A DNA stretch of 64,000 nucleotides from Bacteroidota bacterium (GTDB lineage Bacteria; Bacteroidota; Bacteroidia; Bacteroidales; PUMT01), in NCBI GenBank assembly GCA_003554865.1, contig PWHJ01000221.1, positions 6,594 to 70,593 of the forward strand. Direction: 5' to 3'. The stretch's first letter is position 1. Every line of letters starts with the position of its first letter. Positions 9,724 to 21,042 of this stretch are shown here, piece after piece. The translations under genes and the position numbers were made by a program. A model generated the notes under the pieces. It was not told the origin of the DNA, did no database searches, and was given only the letters and a program-made list of their open reading frames with translations.

Positions 9724-9804
9724 TTTTCATATATCAATATTTGCCACCTTCAGTTGTACCGTGAGTTGCGGCACAAATAACCGCTGTTTGCATTGTTTTA
9801 AATT

Positions 9805-11058
9805 TTAATTATCTAAATCCCTTTTTCTTCTTATCTCTTTGTACCCATGCCAGTCAAATCCCTCCAAAAAACTTACGGCCTTTTTTGCACCGGCCGTAAA
9901 GAGCTTAACCTGACTGTTAAGGGACATATTAAAATCAAGCCAGTTGAAATCCCTGTCGGCTTCTATCAGGCATATCAGCTTATTGTAGTCGGGATTTTTC
10001 AAAAGGAAATCATAATCGTGGAGCTGTTTCATTGTACCAATCATAGCACCGGTCATACTGCCTGCCCCGCGGATGTGAGTGTAACTGTCCCTCCAGGTGC
10101 TCAGTCTCACACCAAAAGTAGGTTTTTTGGGGATCCCCCGTTTCAAATGGAAAGCGTTGACAGGAAAATTGGAAAGCATTCCACCGTCCACAAAACTAAC
10201 CTTCGGGGGTATCTTCCCGTAATAACCGGCATATTTTCTCCATTTTGTTTTTTCCTTGGGTAAATTCGGATCTTCGTATTCCCCGGCCCCGGGTATATTT
10301 TTCACAACAAAAGGGTAAAAGAAAAATGGAACCGACATGGACGCCCTGACAAATACAGCAGGGTTGACCAGCTCAGGGTCCGGCCAGTAAAGGCTTGCCA
10401 TATCGGGAAAGACCACCTTGCTTTTGGTAGTGATATCGGATGTTATGATCTTCAGCCCTGCTTTGCGCAAGATTGGGCGGTTGTTTTCGGAACGGTCATA
10501 AAGAAGCGGCACCCTTTCCCTCAACCTGTTCAAATCAGACAAAGTGACAATCCCGGCCTCTTTTAGCCTGGCTGTAAACCAATTTTCAAAATCCTCCCCG
10601 GGGTTTATTCCACAATGCCTTCTCAAAGTTCTTACTATCCTGAAAAAGTTAAGCAGGAAAAAGAACCCGAAAAACGAGCGCCCCTCAATGTAACGCCTAA
10701 TTAGCCTGTTCAGGGAAGGATGCCCGTCGGCAAATTCCGAGAGATCTTTTTCCGAGAGGATCTTAAGCATCATCAGTGAAACAGGCTCGCCTATGGGGAC
10801 AAGTGAGGCTGTTAGCATTGCACTTATTGCACCGGCTGAAGTACCTGCAATACTAAAAAAACGGATACCGGCTTTCTCAAGGATAAAGATATAGCCGGCA
10901 AGGGCTATACCGAGCACACCTCCGCCCTCCTGTACCAGGTCGGCATACTGACTGCCACTGTCATCAAAAATATCGGAATATACCTTTTTGTCAACCCCCT
11001 TAACTTTTATCTCCTCGAGCAACTTAAGGACCTCAGGATTTTCGGTAAATTCCCTCAT
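9805..11058 (-). CDS. Patatin-like phospholipase
   Basis: Oxyanion motif GGGVLGIALAGY, nucleophile GTSAGA (GxSxG), catalytic DGG (FVDGGMLSNFP). Confidence 0.85.
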   Translation of the reverse strand: MREFTENPEVLKLLEEIKVKGVDKKVYSDIFDDSGSQYADLVQEGGGVLGIALAGYIFILEKAGIRFFSIAGTSAGAISAMLTASLVPIGEPVSLMMLKILSEKDLSEFADGHPSLNRLIRRYIEGRSFFGFFFLLNFFRIVRTLRRHCGINPGEDFENWFTARLKEAGIVTLSDLNRLRERVPLLYDRSENNRPILRKAGLKIITSDITTKSKVVFPDMASLYWPDPELVNPAVFVRASMSVPFFFYPFVVKNIPGAGEYEDPNLPKEKTKWRKYAGYYGKIPPKVSFVDGGMLSNFPVNAFHLKRGIPKKPTFGVRLSTWRDSYTHIRGAGSMTGAMIGTMKQLHDYDFLLKNPDYNKLICLIEADRDFNWLDFNMSLNSQVKLFTAGAKKAVSFLEGFDWHGYKEIRRKRDLDN

Positions 11059-11103
11059 CGTATTTAAAATAAAATTGCCAGAGGCGAGAGCGACCGCTAA
11101 TTT

Positions 11104-11706
11104 CTAATCATTTTCGCCGCTGTGGTTAACAAGTTGTGAGTAGATCTTATAACAAGCCCATGCATCTGTAGCCGCATACTGCAGCTGTGAATCGGTAAGC
11201 ATTTTTTTCTCCCAGTTTGAAACCTGCTCTTTTTTTGAAATATGTATGCCAAGTACTATTGCCGCAAGTTTTCGCAAACCGTTGCTCTCTATTCCGTAAT
11301 CATTGACAAACTCCTGAAGCTCCACAAAGCCTGCAGGATCAAAAGAGCCAAGTTTTTGCAAACCTGTTATATCATCCCTTATTGCCACACCTGCTTTTAT
11401 TATTCCGGGGTCGGAGAGTATTGACCTGAGCTCCCTGGTAAGACCGGTTTTATTTAAACGAAAAAGGAAAGCCCTGTCACTTACCGCCAGCTGAAGCAGG
11501 GATACATCAAAACTTACTCCCTTCCTGAAAGCAGGCCTTGTTTCAGTGTCAAAGCCGAAAACATTGTAGCGCCTCATCATATCGACAGCTTCAGGCACGG
11601 TACCAGGATCGTCTACTACTGTTATCTCCCCCGTAAATCCTGAACGGGGCAGTGATTTGATCTCCTCGGGAGTAATATTTGATGCAAATCTGTTATTCAT
11701 CATCAC
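11104..11706 (-). CDS. 3'-5' exonuclease (DEDDy, RNase D/WRN-exo-like)
   Basis: ExoI FGFDTETRP, ExoIII YAATDAWACYKIY. 200 aa. Overlaps the upstream gene by 14 nt. Confidence 0.85.
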   Translation of the reverse strand: MMMNNRFASNITPEEIKSLPRSGFTGEITVVDDPGTVPEAVDMMRRYNVFGFDTETRPAFRKGVSFDVSLLQLAVSDRAFLFRLNKTGLTRELRSILSDPGIIKAGVAIRDDITGLQKLGSFDPAGFVELQEFVNDYGIESNGLRKLAAIVLGIHISKKEQVSNWEKKMLTDSQLQYAATDAWACYKIYSQLVNHSGEND

Positions 11707-12328
11707 CGTACCACATTTTTTTCCGCTGGGTTATAAACCAGTCATTTGTGTCCCTCTTTTCGGGATCATACTTGTCATCTCCCTCTTCCTGCTCCTCGTC
11801 AAGGTTTTCCCCGCCATACAACAAAGAATGAATTGCGCGAAGCGAATTCACCAGCTTTTGCCCCCAGTACCTTTCAAAATTTTGATTGCACTCCCAAAGA
11901 GAATCATTCATTAGCTCTTCGGTGCCCATCCGGTATACCATCAAAAAATCCTTGATATCCTGGTAAATATCGGCCATATCCTCACCTATACTTCCCCCTA
12001 CCTGGTCTTCGGTATCCCTGTACAATGGGTCAAAGACTTCAGGATAATCATTATGCCTGCCAAGTTTTTTGACAATTGCAAGGTGTACTGAATTCCAGTC
12101 TTTTTCAGTCACAAATTTCTCGCACCCTTCATCATAATAAGGCTCCGTAAGGGGCAGCAAAGTAGCCTTGTAATAAAGCAGTGAAAGAATTTTACGCGAT
12201 TTGTCTATAAAGTCACGCTTTTCAAATCCCTCAGCCTGCTCAACAAAGGAACAGTATTCGTTGGCAACAGCCACGAATTCTACAACCGCCCCCGAATATA
12301 CCAGCTCATTTCTGTTTATTTCCATCAT
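11693..12328 (-). CDS. Conserved hypothetical acidic protein (possibly the DUF5063 family that accompanies this exonuclease in Bacteroidota)
   Basis: Clean 211-aa ORF translationally coupled to the exonuclease gene. The family name is from memory of gene neighbourhoods only. Confidence 0.6.
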   Translation of the reverse strand: MMEINRNELVYSGAVVEFVAVANEYCSFVEQAEGFEKRDFIDKSRKILSLLYYKATLLPLTEPYYDEGCEKFVTEKDWNSVHLAIVKKLGRHNDYPEVFDPLYRDTEDQVGGSIGEDMADIYQDIKDFLMVYRMGTEELMNDSLWECNQNFERYWGQKLVNSLRAIHSLLYGGENLDEEQEEGDDKYDPEKRDTNDWFITQRKKMWYGDDE

Positions 12329-12392
12329 ATTAACTTATATATTTTCAACCCCTTGCAAAATTATAAAAAGGCCCCGAATAATTTCAACGTAT

Positions 12393-14300
12393 TCACCTTT
12401 CAACATATTTAACAATATTGCCATTTTCACATACAAGCCTTTCATGATCAATTAACCAGCGTATAACTTTCAGGCTTTTTTCCGGCGGATAATCAAGCAG
12501 GTCAACCAACTCATCAAGAAGCACCTTTCCGTGTTTGACAGTTTCACGTATTTTCTCCTCTATTACATCAACTTCGTATTTGCTAAGGTTCAAATCATTA
12601 CGGTTGTTGCACACATCGCAGGTGCCGCAAGCCTTTGCCCCGGTTTCGCCAAAATAAGCCAGCAGTGTCCGGCTGCGACATCTGTAGGAGTCCTTTGCAT
12701 ACTGCAGCATATAATAGGCTCTCTTTTCAAAACGCTTTTTTCTTTCGGTGTAATCTGAGGTTGAAATAAAAAGTGAACCTTCATCCATTCTCTCTGTAGT
12801 AAAGACAATAAGGGGAGTCTTCTTGGCCGGTATGTACTGGATGATCTTCTGCCGGGAAAGTGTTTTAAGGTATTGGTAAACAACATCCCGGGAAACGGAA
12901 GCCTTTCTGGCAAGAAACTCTTCGTCTATGGGAACGAAGCCCGAAAAAACACCCGAATAGGAACGTAAAAGAAGCTTTATAAAAGAATCAAAGCTGGCGT
13001 TTTCGACCTGGAAACGGTAAAGCTCATCACGGCCTGTTATAAAGAAAATCCTTGAAGGATTGTTTACCTCGTCGGTAAGTTCAATATAACCGGCCCTTTG
13101 AAGAATTTTAAGGGAAGAATAAGTTGTAAGGGGATGAAACTTGTAAGTAGAGGCAAAATCCAGCAGATTAAAATCGTAAACATTCTCCTTTCCTCCCCCG
13201 TACGGGACTCTTAAATAACTGCCCAGGGCATGGTAAACCCTTTTAACATATTCAATAGAGGGGAAGTTAACCTGAATACGCCTGTCCATGCTTATTTTGT
13301 CAGAGTCATTATACAAAAGCACTGCAAAGGCAACTTTGCCGTCCCTTCCCGCACGCCCTGCTTCCTGAAAATATGATTCGATTGAATCGGGCAGATCCAT
13401 GTGAATGACAAAACGGACATCCGGTTTGTCAATCCCCATGCCAAAAGCATTGGTGGCGACAATAACATCGGTTTTGCTTTTGCTCCAGTCCTTTTGCTTC
13501 TCATTTCTCAATTCCATCTTCATACCTGCATGATAGGCCTCAGCCGCCACATTGTTTTTAGCCAAAAAATCGGCTATTTCAACGGTTTTTTTACGGTTCC
13601 TGACATATACTATACCCTGCCCCCCTACCCCCCGGATAACTTTCAGCATCTGCTTTGTCTTATCTTCGGTATTTTTCACTATATAGCGGAGGTTTTCACG
13701 TTCAAAGCTTTTTTTAAGAACATTTTTCTCGCCGAAGTGGAGCTTTTCCTGTATATCGTCAACAACATCGGGGGTTGCCGTGGCAGTAAGGGCCAATACG
13801 GGAATGCCGGGCAAAAGCTCCCTCAGCCTTGAAATTTGCAGGTATGAAGGCCTGAAGTCATACCCCCACTGCGATATACAGTGAGCCTCATCGACGACAA
13901 TGAGGTTGACCGGCATTTTGGCAACTCTTGCCCTGAACAGCTCGGTGCCAAGTCTTTCAGGGGAAACGTAGAGGAACTTGTAGTCTCCGTATATACAATT
14001 ATCAAGTGCCACATCGATCTCACGTACAGTTAGTCCGGAATAAACTGCCATAGCCTTAATTCCCCGCTTTACCAGATTGGCAACCTGATCTTTCATCAAA
14101 GCTATAAGAGGGGTAACAACAATACAAATACCTTCATGTGCCATAACCGGTACCTGAAAAGTTATAGACTTCCCTCCTCCTGTAGGCATAAGGGCAAGGG
14201 TATCCTTTCCTTCTGCTACAGACTGTATGATCTCCTCCTGCAGGGGACGGAAAGTATCGTGACCCCAGTAACGCTGCAATATTTTCCTGTAAACTTCCAC
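12393..14300 (-). CDS. recQ: ATP-dependent DNA helicase RecQ
   Basis: MPTGGGKS, DEAHCISQWGYDFRPSY, LTATATP, Zn-binding CRSRTLLAYFGE...CGTCDVC, and an HRDC-length C-terminus. Confidence 0.93.
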   Translation of the reverse strand: MEVYRKILQRYWGHDTFRPLQEEIIQSVAEGKDTLALMPTGGGKSITFQVPVMAHEGICIVVTPLIALMKDQVANLVKRGIKAMAVYSGLTVREIDVALDNCIYGDYKFLYVSPERLGTELFRARVAKMPVNLIVVDEAHCISQWGYDFRPSYLQISRLRELLPGIPVLALTATATPDVVDDIQEKLHFGEKNVLKKSFERENLRYIVKNTEDKTKQMLKVIRGVGGQGIVYVRNRKKTVEIADFLAKNNVAAEAYHAGMKMELRNEKQKDWSKSKTDVIVATNAFGMGIDKPDVRFVIHMDLPDSIESYFQEAGRAGRDGKVAFAVLLYNDSDKISMDRRIQVNFPSIEYVKRVYHALGSYLRVPYGGGKENVYDFNLLDFASTYKFHPLTTYSSLKILQRAGYIELTDEVNNPSRIFFITGRDELYRFQVENASFDSFIKLLLRSYSGVFSGFVPIDEEFLARKASVSRDVVYQYLKTLSRQKIIQYIPAKKTPLIVFTTERMDEGSLFISTSDYTERKKRFEKRAYYMLQYAKDSYRCRSRTLLAYFGETGAKACGTCDVCNNRNDLNLSKYEVDVIEEKIRETVKHGKVLLDELVDLLDYPPEKSLKVIRWLIDHERLVCENGNIVKYVER

Positions 14301-14380
14301 CTTCTGTATCCTCCTGTGTAAATGCTTAAATCAGCCAACAATTACGCTCAAAATTAGTTGGCAACATTAAAACGAAAAAC

Positions 14381-14388
14381 TAAATTTG
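14381..14388 (+). promoter_or_regulatory. Bacteroidota-type -7 box TAAATTTG upstream of guaB
   Basis: Exact match to TAnnTTTG, 54 nt upstream of the ATG at 14442. Confidence 0.35.
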
Positions 14389-14441
14389 CATCCACGTTTT
14401 TTGTAACTTGTGGTAACTTAAAAATAACTAAAATTTGTCAA

Positions 14442-15911
14442 ATGGGTTTTGATAGTGAAAAAATAATCGGAGAAGGAGTAACTTTTGATGATGTGCTTCT
14501 CATTCCTTCCTATTCTGAAGTATTACCACGCAATGTTGATATCTCGTCAAATTTTTCAAGAAACATCAGAATAAACACCCCTGTTGCCTCGGCTGCAATG
14601 GATACGGTAACCGAAGCTCCCCTTGCAATTGCCATTGCAAGGGCCGGTGGAATAGGAGTTATCCACAAGAGTATGAAAACAGAAGAGCAGGCCAGGCAGG
14701 TCAAGCTTGTTAAAAGGGCGGAAAGCGGCATGATATATGACCCGATAACCATACTGAAAAACAGCACTGTCGGGGATGCTCTCAAGATAATGAACGAATA
14801 CCAGATAGGGGGAATACCGGTGGTTGACAAGGAAGGCTACCTTATTGGCATAGTAACAAACCGCGACCTGAGGTTTGAAGATAACATGAGAAGGCCCATC
14901 AATGAGGTTATGACAAAGGAAAATATTATCACAACCTCACATCCAACCGACCTGGAAAAGGCAACACAGATGCTGAAAAAACACAGGATAGAAAAGCTGC
15001 CGGTAATAGACGAAAACAATAAGCTTGTGGGACTGCTCACCTACAAGGACATTACCAAGGCAAAGGACAACCCGTTTGCATGCAAGGATGAAAAAGGGAG
15101 GCTTTGCGTGGCAGCAGGAATAGGTATAACTCCAGATGTTTTTGAACGTGTCGAGGCCCTTACCGAGGCAGGAGCCGATGCACTGGTAATAGACACTGCA
15201 CACGGGCACACCAAAGGGGTTCTCAATCTTTTAAAAGACATAAAGAAACGGAGCGGAAAAACAGATGTGGTTGTCGGCAATATCGGAACTGCCCAGGCAG
15301 CCATATCACTTGTTGAAAACGGGGCCGATGCCGTCAAGGTAGGTATAGGTCCGGGATCAATTTGTACCACAAGAGTTATAGCAGGAGTCGGAATACCCCA
15401 GCTGAGTGCCATATATTCAGTTTCGGAAGCAATTAAAGAGAAAGGTATACCGGTAATCGCCGACGGCGGTATCCGTTACTCGGGAGACATAGTTAAAGCA
15501 CTGGCAGCCGGGGCGGATTGCATAATGGCAGGATCACTCCTTGCAGGAGTGGAAGAGTCACCCGGGGAAACAATAATATACAGCGGAAGGAAATTTAAGG
15601 CTTACCGCGGAATGGGATCTGTGGAAGCCATGCAGCAGGGTTCGAAGGACCGCTACTTCCAGGATATGGAAGACGAAATACAAAAACTTGTGCCTGAAGG
15701 CATTTCGGGCAGAATACCCTACAAAGGTACTCTTTCTGAAGTAGTTTTCCAGCTGGTCGGTGGACTCCGTGCCGGCATGGGATACTGCGGAGCCGGGAAC
15801 ATTGAAAAACTAAAGCAGGCTAAATTCATCAGGATCACAAATTCAGGCCTCAGCGAAAGTCATCCGCACGATGTAACCATCACAAGGGAAGCTCCCAACT
15901 ACAGCAGGTAA
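14442..15911 (+). CDS. guaB: IMP dehydrogenase
   Basis: [19 protein letters not shown] pair, catalytic loop [29 protein letters not shown] prefer ATG 14442 over the TTG at 14358 used in the ORF track. Confidence 0.95.
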   Translation: MGFDSEKIIGEGVTFDDVLLIPSYSEVLPRNVDISSNFSRNIRINTPVASAAMDTVTEAPLAIAIARAGGIGVIHKSMKTEEQARQVKLVKRAESGMIYDPITILKNSTVGDALKIMNEYQIGGIPVVDKEGYLIGIVTNRDLRFEDNMRRPINEVMTKENIITTSHPTDLEKATQMLKKHRIEKLPVIDENNKLVGLLTYKDITKAKDNPFACKDEKGRLCVAAGIGITPDVFERVEALTEAGADALVIDTAHGHTKGVLNLLKDIKKRSGKTDVVVGNIGTAQAAISLVENGADAVKVGIGPGSICTTRVIAGVGIPQLSAIYSVSEAIKEKGIPVIADGGIRYSGDIVKALAAGADCIMAGSLLAGVEESPGETIIYSGRKFKAYRGMGSVEAMQQGSKDRYFQDMEDEIQKLVPEGISGRIPYKGTLSEVVFQLVGGLRAGMGYCGAGNIEKLKQAKFIRITNSGLSESHPHDVTITREAPNYSR

Positions 15912-16040
15912 TTTTTTTCTCTTTATCACGTTTGAAAAAAGGTAGTAAAATGAGTTGTCAATGGAAAGCAAAAAACCGTCTTAAAGGTTTGAATCGTGCG
16001 GAAAGACCGCCAGTTAAAATTTGCAAAAAGGCCTGAAATA

Positions 16041-17984
16041 ATGAAAAATAAATATTTTTTTCTTCTCTTGTTTGCATTTATATTAAACCCATTATTATCC
16101 AACGCCGGTGGTGATGAAAATGTGCTGGTGAAAATAAACGGGGTGGAAATAACAAAAGGGGAATTTCTATATTCTTATGAAAGAAACCGGCAACAATTCA
16201 GAAATATCTCCCTGGATGAATATCTTGAACTGTTCATCGATTACAAGCTTAAAATTGCAGATGCCAAAGAAGCCGGTCTTCATGAATCTGACGAGATAAG
16301 TAAAGAGGTTGAGGCTTACCGCGACAAGCTGGCAAAAGGCTATCTCACTGACAGTACTGCACTTGAAAAAATGGCAAGAGAGGCTTATGAGCGGATGCAA
16401 TACAATGTTAATGCAAGCCACATCCTTGTCGCCCTGGACAGGTACCCGTCACCTGAAGAAACTGAAGAAGCTTATGAGAAAGCCCGTGGAATAAAGGAAA
16501 GGATAGAAAGGGGCGAACCATTTAACCAGGTTGCAAGGGCAACATCAGATGATCACTCGGTAAAACAAAACGGAGGTGATCTGGGCTACTTCACTGCCCT
16601 GCAAATGTCCTACCCTTTTGAAAATGCCGTGTATAATGGTGAACCCGGACAAATAACCGAGCCTGTGAGAACCAAATTTGGTTATCACATAATAAGGATA
16701 AATTCAATTGAAGAGTCCTTCGGGGAAGTCAAAACCGCACATATTTTGATCCGCCCGGAACATGCAAATGATAAGGAAGCTGAGAAAAAAATAATGGATC
16801 TTCACCAGAGAGTTAAAGACGGAGAATCTTTTGAAGAGATGGCACGCAATTATTCAGCGGACAAAGGTTCGGCACCCGATGGCGGCGAGTTGCCATGGTT
16901 TGGTGCCGGGGAAATGGTGAATGAATTTGAAAAAGCGGCATTTGAGCTGGAATCGGTTGGTGATATTTCTGAGCCGGTAAAAACACGGTACGGATGGCAC
17001 ATAATAAAGCTGCTGGATCAAAGGCCTCTGCCCGATTACCAGGAAATAAGGGAAGAGCTGAAAGAAAATATTCTGACATATGGAGGCGAAAGGGCCGATA
17101 TCATTAAATCGGCCTTTACAGATTCGCTGAAAGATGAATACAACTTCAGGGAAAATCCCCGTGCCCTTGAAGCCTTCCGAAGCATGACAAAAGAAAATTT
17201 ATCTGCCATCGATCTGCAAATGCTCTCAAAAATGAGCTCCCCCTCCACACTGTTTACATTTGCTAACAGGCAGGTAGACCAAAGTGATTTTGCCCGGTAT
17301 TTATATGAAATTCAAACAAAACTGGAAACGAAGCTATATCCGGATCATATTGACAGAATGTACAGAAATTTTGTAGAAGTTACCCTCACAGAATATGAAG
17401 ACCGGCAGCTTGAGCAAAAATATCCCAGACTGCGCTACAGGGTAAGAGAATATCGCGATGGACTGCTATTGTATGAAATATCCAGTAAACGGGTATGGTC
17501 AGACATATCTCCCGAGAGTCGAGATTTTATTGAATTTTATGAAAAAAATAAAAACGATTATCTCCGGGAGGAGAGAATCGATGCCACCATATTTACCGCA
17601 TCAAGCGAAAGAGCTGCCAGAAGAGCCGCAGCACTGGCCGAAGATATTCATGAAGGAACCAGGGATACCGAATGGCTGCTGAGAAGAGTGAACCTGTTTT
17701 CATCAGAACCACGGGTGACTGCCAGAAGGTCAATTTTTTCAAAAGGCGAATCCGCTGTGGTCGACATGATAGAATGGGAAAGCGGTGTTGCCGGCAAATT
17801 ATTAAGGGGTGAGGAAAACTACTACGTTGTACTGGTTCACAAAGTCGTGGAGCCGGAGCCAAAACCTCTTGAGATGGTAGAAGAGCGTGCTTTGAAAGAT
17901 TACCGGGAGTACCTTGAGAAAAAGTGGCTCAAGGAGCTTCACCAAAGATATGAAGTAACAGTCAACAAAGAGTTGATACAGTGA
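16041..17984 (+). CDS. Periplasmic peptidyl-prolyl isomerase with two parvulin (PpiC) domains
   Basis: Signal peptide from ATG 16041 (MKNKYFFLLLFAF). Parvulin blocks GGDLGYF...FGYHIIRI and GGELPWFGAGEMVNEFE...YGWHIIKL. Confidence 0.85.
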   Translation: MKNKYFFLLLFAFILNPLLSNAGGDENVLVKINGVEITKGEFLYSYERNRQQFRNISLDEYLELFIDYKLKIADAKEAGLHESDEISKEVEAYRDKLAKGYLTDSTALEKMAREAYERMQYNVNASHILVALDRYPSPEETEEAYEKARGIKERIERGEPFNQVARATSDDHSVKQNGGDLGYFTALQMSYPFENAVYNGEPGQITEPVRTKFGYHIIRINSIEESFGEVKTAHILIRPEHANDKEAEKKIMDLHQRVKDGESFEEMARNYSADKGSAPDGGELPWFGAGEMVNEFEKAAFELESVGDISEPVKTRYGWHIIKLLDQRPLPDYQEIREELKENILTYGGERADIIKSAFTDSLKDEYNFRENPRALEAFRSMTKENLSAIDLQMLSKMSSPSTLFTFANRQVDQSDFARYLYEIQTKLETKLYPDHIDRMYRNFVEVTLTEYEDRQLEQKYPRLRYRVREYRDGLLLYEISSKRVWSDISPESRDFIEFYEKNKNDYLREERIDATIFTASSERAARRAAALAEDIHEGTRDTEWLLRRVNLFSSEPRVTARRSIFSKGESAVVDMIEWESGVAGKLLRGEENYYVVLVHKVVEPEPKPLEMVEERALKDYREYLEKKWLKELHQRYEVTVNKELIQ

Positions 17985-18110
17985 AAAGAAATAATTGTGA
18001 AACATTGAAATTTTAACATTAACAGTATACTAAAAAGCTCCAATAAACCGATTTAAGATAAAATGTATTAAAATAAAAACAGACCCGCTAAAAAATAAAA
18101 CCACTCAAAA

Positions 18111-19472
18111 ATGATAAAAAAAACCTTAATATACTGTATCATACTAAGCCTTGCCTTCGCAGCAACAACAAAATTAAATGCGCAGGATGATGAAAGACGT
18201 ATAGTAGATCAGGTTGTGGCAGTTGTAGGCAATCATGTTATCCTTCAGTCAGAACTCGAGGAATACATGGAACAGCTGCGAGCACAGGGTCAAAGTGTTA
18301 CCGAGGGAACCAGGTGTGAACTTCTTGAAGACTTCCTTGTACAAAAATTAATGGTTAATGAGGGGGATACCATTGAAGTATCGGAGTCAGACATTGAAAT
18401 GGAAATAAACAACCGCCTGCAATTTTTTATTCGTCAAATCGGTTCCGAGGAAGAACTCGAAAATTACTTCAACAAATCGATTTTTGAGATTAAAGAGGAT
18501 ATGCGCGACCCCATCAGAGAGCAAATGATAACCCAGCAAATGAAAAATGCTATTACAGAAGATGTACAGGTAACCCCGTCTGAAGTCAGGAGATTCTACA
18601 ATAACTTATCTGAAGATGAGATCCCTATGATACCCTCAAAAGTCCAGGTCAGAAAAATTGTTAAATATCCGGAATTTACTGAAGCCGAAGAATACAGGGT
18701 TGTTCAGCGCCTGAATGAAATGAGGCGAAGGGTAATGGAAGGAGAGAGAGACTTTGAAACCCTTGCCCCTCTTTATTCACATGACCGGGAGACAGCCAGG
18801 CGGGGCGGTGAACTTGGTTTTGTTTCCCGCAGCGATCTTGAACCGAAATTTGCCGATGTGGTTTTTTCACTGAGAGGAGACAGAGTCTCGCAGGTTTTTG
18901 AAACCGAATATGGTTATCATATAGCCCAGGTATTAGACCGCAGGGAAGAACAGTTAAATGTCAGGCATATTCTTTTACAACCTGAAATTGACGAGGAAGA
19001 AAAAAGAGAGACAAAGGAAACCCTGGACAGTATTGTAGCAGAAATACGAAAAGACACCCTGACCTTCAAAAATGCTGCCAGGATGTATTCCGAAGATGAA
19101 AAAACCAGTCTGAGCGGCGGATTGATTATCAATCCCGAAACAAGGGGGGCAATGTTTGAAATGGATCAGCTTGATTCTGAAATATATGAAGTAGTAAAAG
19201 ATATGAGCGAAGGGGAAATATCCGACCCTGTTGAAATGCGTGGGGACAAGGGTCAGGTGGCGTACAAAGTATTTTACCTGAGCAGGCAGACACGACCCCA
19301 GAAAGCCACTCTTGAAGAGCATTACGATGTAATAAAAAATATGGCCCTGGAAGAAAAGGAAGACAGGGTGCTGCAGGAGTGGATAAGAGATCAACAGCAA
19401 AACACGTTCATTAAGATAATGGATGATTACAAAAATTGCAGCTTTACTAACGAGGGCTGGTTGGACAATTAA
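18111..19472 (+). CDS. SurA-like chaperone/peptidyl-prolyl isomerase
   Basis: Signal peptide, SurA-N-like region, parvulin blocks GGELGFVSRSDLEPKFADVVFSL...YGYHIAQV. Confidence 0.8.
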   Translation: MIKKTLIYCIILSLAFAATTKLNAQDDERRIVDQVVAVVGNHVILQSELEEYMEQLRAQGQSVTEGTRCELLEDFLVQKLMVNEGDTIEVSESDIEMEINNRLQFFIRQIGSEEELENYFNKSIFEIKEDMRDPIREQMITQQMKNAITEDVQVTPSEVRRFYNNLSEDEIPMIPSKVQVRKIVKYPEFTEAEEYRVVQRLNEMRRRVMEGERDFETLAPLYSHDRETARRGGELGFVSRSDLEPKFADVVFSLRGDRVSQVFETEYGYHIAQVLDRREEQLNVRHILLQPEIDEEEKRETKETLDSIVAEIRKDTLTFKNAARMYSEDEKTSLSGGLIINPETRGAMFEMDQLDSEIYEVVKDMSEGEISDPVEMRGDKGQVAYKVFYLSRQTRPQKATLEEHYDVIKNMALEEKEDRVLQEWIRDQQQNTFIKIMDDYKNCSFTNEGWLDN

Positions 19473-19514
19473 CCTCCCCCAAGATGGATATCTTTTCAAG
19501 CCAGAAGAAAAACA

Positions 19515-21038
19515 ATGGGCCGCTTGATTTTTATAATTATACTGCTGGCGACGGCAGGTCTTATAGTAGTATTTGCAGACACAACAACGCCGGAAGATGA
19601 CGAGAGGGAAAGAAAGGTGGAAATACTCCATGCCAACAGCCTTGAGCATGACCGCCGTCTGGGGCCTGATGTGAGAAGGCTGCTGGGAGATGTCAGGCTC
19701 AAGCATGAAGAGGTCCTTATGTATTGTGACAGCGCCCATTATTACGGAGCAGACAACAAAGTGCATGCCTACGGTAATGTACATATAAATCAGGGTGACA
19801 CGATCAATCTTTATGCCGATTCAATCCATTATTTCGGGGAGAGGCAGTTTGCCGAGGCACGCGGAAATGTGAAACTGGTTGACAGGGAAACCACCCTGAA
19901 AACTGAAAACCTTGATTTTGACATTGAAAACAATATTGCTTTCTATCCCGACAGCGGCAGGATAGAAAGGGGCGATGATGTAATTGAAAGTCTCACCGGC
20001 TATTACTATTCTGATGAGAAAACCTTCCTTTTCAAGCAAAATGTGAATGTACGAACTCCTGATTACACTATAGAAAGTGATACCCTGAGATATAACACTG
20101 AAACAGAAACGGCATACTTTAGCGGCCCCACTACAATTGTCACCGAAGATCTTCATATTTATTGTGAAAGCGGGTGGTATAACACACAAACCGACATTTC
20201 ACAGTTCAATGAAAATACCGTTATAAAATATGATAACAGTGTTATAACAGCCGACAGCATTTATTACGATCATGCAAAAAAAAGCGGCAAGGGATACTAC
20301 AACGTTGAAATGAACGATACGGTCGAAAGAGTTATACTGGAAGGCAATTACGCTTTCTTTGAAAGGGAGCCCGAATATACAATGTTAACCGACAGTACCC
20401 TGTTCACTCATTACAATGAAGAAAATGACTCACTTTTCCTTCACGCCGATACCCTGGAATCCTTTTTTGAAGGAGATCACAGAATAATGAACGCATATTA
20501 CGGGGCAAGGTTTTTCAGCAAAGATATGCAGGGCAAGTGCGACTCACTTTATTACAGCTTTCAGGACTCGATAATACGCATGTACACAGACCCTGTTCTC
20601 TGGACCAACCAAACGCAGCTTACCGCTGACCATATACAGATCCACTCCAGGGATGATCAGGTTGACAGCGTTTACATGGACAGAAATTCCTTTATTGTCT
20701 CATTTGAAGAGGATGACTACTACAACCAGATAAAGGGAAGGGAAATGACAGGGTATTTCAATCAAGGTGAGCTCACCAGGGTCCGCGTTGTAGGTAACGC
20801 CGAAACACTATATTACCCCCGCGAGGAAAATGATATAATAGGCCTCAACCAGGTGGCAAGCACCTCTCTTTTTATCTTTATGAAAGATAACTCACCCCAC
20901 CGCATCAGGTTTGAAACAAACCCTGAAGCCACTCTTTTCCCGCTGGAAGACTTAACAGATTCCGACTTGTTTCTGGAAGGTTTCAGATGGCTGGACGATA
21001 TTCGCCCACGCTCAAAAATCGATTTATTTAAAAATTAG
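19515..21038 (+). CDS. OstA-like (LptA/LptD N-terminal fold) repeat protein
   Basis: N-terminal anchor and repeated beta-jellyroll-like segments (ILHANSLEHD...LLGDVRLKHEEVLMYCDSAHYY...AYGNVHINQGD). Sits after the SurA-like genes, as in many Bacteroidota. The family call is moderate. Confidence 0.6.
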   Translation: MGRLIFIIILLATAGLIVVFADTTTPEDDERERKVEILHANSLEHDRRLGPDVRRLLGDVRLKHEEVLMYCDSAHYYGADNKVHAYGNVHINQGDTINLYADSIHYFGERQFAEARGNVKLVDRETTLKTENLDFDIENNIAFYPDSGRIERGDDVIESLTGYYYSDEKTFLFKQNVNVRTPDYTIESDTLRYNTETETAYFSGPTTIVTEDLHIYCESGWYNTQTDISQFNENTVIKYDNSVITADSIYYDHAKKSGKGYYNVEMNDTVERVILEGNYAFFEREPEYTMLTDSTLFTHYNEENDSLFLHADTLESFFEGDHRIMNAYYGARFFSKDMQGKCDSLYYSFQDSIIRMYTDPVLWTNQTQLTADHIQIHSRDDQVDSVYMDRNSFIVSFEEDDYYNQIKGREMTGYFNQGELTRVRVVGNAETLYYPREENDIIGLNQVASTSLFIFMKDNSPHRIRFETNPEATLFPLEDLTDSDLFLEGFRWLDDIRPRSKIDLFKN

Positions 21039-21042
21039 AAAA

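Noticed and set aside
8734-11058. Patatin-like phospholipase (plus neighbouring hydrolase) as a CBASS-like or other anti-phage effector
   Set aside because: No cyclase, sensor, NTPase or other defence-type partner is adjacent. The neighbours are housekeeping genes (sodB, exonuclease, recQ), so it is more likely a lipid-metabolism enzyme.
14358-16040. N-terminal extensions in the ORF track (TTG 14358 for guaB, 15996 for the PPIase; likewise 32993, 42987, 43906, 58181)
   Set aside because: The extensions add non-conserved, often basic residues in front of canonical N-termini or signal peptides. Internal ATG starts fit the families better.
18975-19784. 269-aa minus-strand ORF across the SurA-like/OstA-like junction
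   Set aside because: It is antisense to two motif-supported genes. The composition (F/Y/H/C-rich) is typical of a reverse-frame artefact.
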